DNA from: Squalus acanthias
Taxonomy: Eukaryota
Assembly (NCBI GenBank): GCA_030390025.1
Contig: JASTWF010000321.1
Location: 496,001-555,661, forward strand
Length of the DNA: 59,661 nucleotides
Direction: 5' to 3'
Shown here piece after piece: positions 59,326 to 59,661 of the stretch; the first letter of the stretch is position 1, and each line of letters opens with the position of its first letter. The notes under the pieces are model-generated. The model did no database searches. It worked only from the letters and a program-made list of their open reading frames with translations, and was not told where the DNA came from. Position numbers and translations under genes: made by a program.

Positions 59326-59661
59326 CATTTCTCCTAACCATAAAAACAGTGATAAATAATAATTGAAATATTCCTAAAAAGTGCGTCTTGTCTTTTGGGC
59401 CTGCAAGCCCCGGCCATATTACTTTCTCCAAAACATTCCCACATGACAGGGTCGATGGTAAATGTTATTGTCAACAGGTCATCTCACACATGTAGAATGC
59501 TGAACTATTTAGCCTAAACAATACAGTAAATCGGAGGATGTGACGCTACGCTGTGGCCACGCCCGTACCTTGAGCACTGGGCCCTGTTCTGGTCATGAAG
59601 CATCAAGGGAGTTTTTCAATACCTGGATGCACTGGATGAGACTGATCCTTGGGGGAAAAAG

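Overview
Eukaryotic, almost entirely repeat-derived DNA. The repeat content (CR1/HER1-type LINEs with (TTCTATG)n tails, a SacSINE1-like DeuSINE, a 67-bp satellite) suggests a cartilaginous fish; this is an inference. No intact host gene is recognisable. Main contents: (1) Two independently inserted, full-length 4.3-kb PIF/Harbinger transposons (2499-6786, TSD AAT; 19376-23630, TSD TTT). Each has an intact 386-aa DDE transposase and a convergent three-exon Myb/SANT-like partner gene, intact (459 aa) in copy 2 and frameshifted in copy 1. (2) A very young Ty3/Gypsy element (47022-51530) with identical 215-bp LTRs and a GGGAT TSD. It has no tRNA-type PBS but a 13-nt tract complementary to its own LTR over the poly(A) signal, a YLDN RT motif and a DSC protease motif. 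(3) A ~25-kb tandem array built from an internally deleted LINE ORF2. Its youngest units have a 2658-bp period and carry a co-amplified Harbinger-type MITE. (4) Deep nesting (LINE array < CR1 < solo-LTR-like element < Harbinger), plus a Penelope fragment, a Tigger-type MITE, L2 and SINE fragments, and weak traces of degraded host exons.
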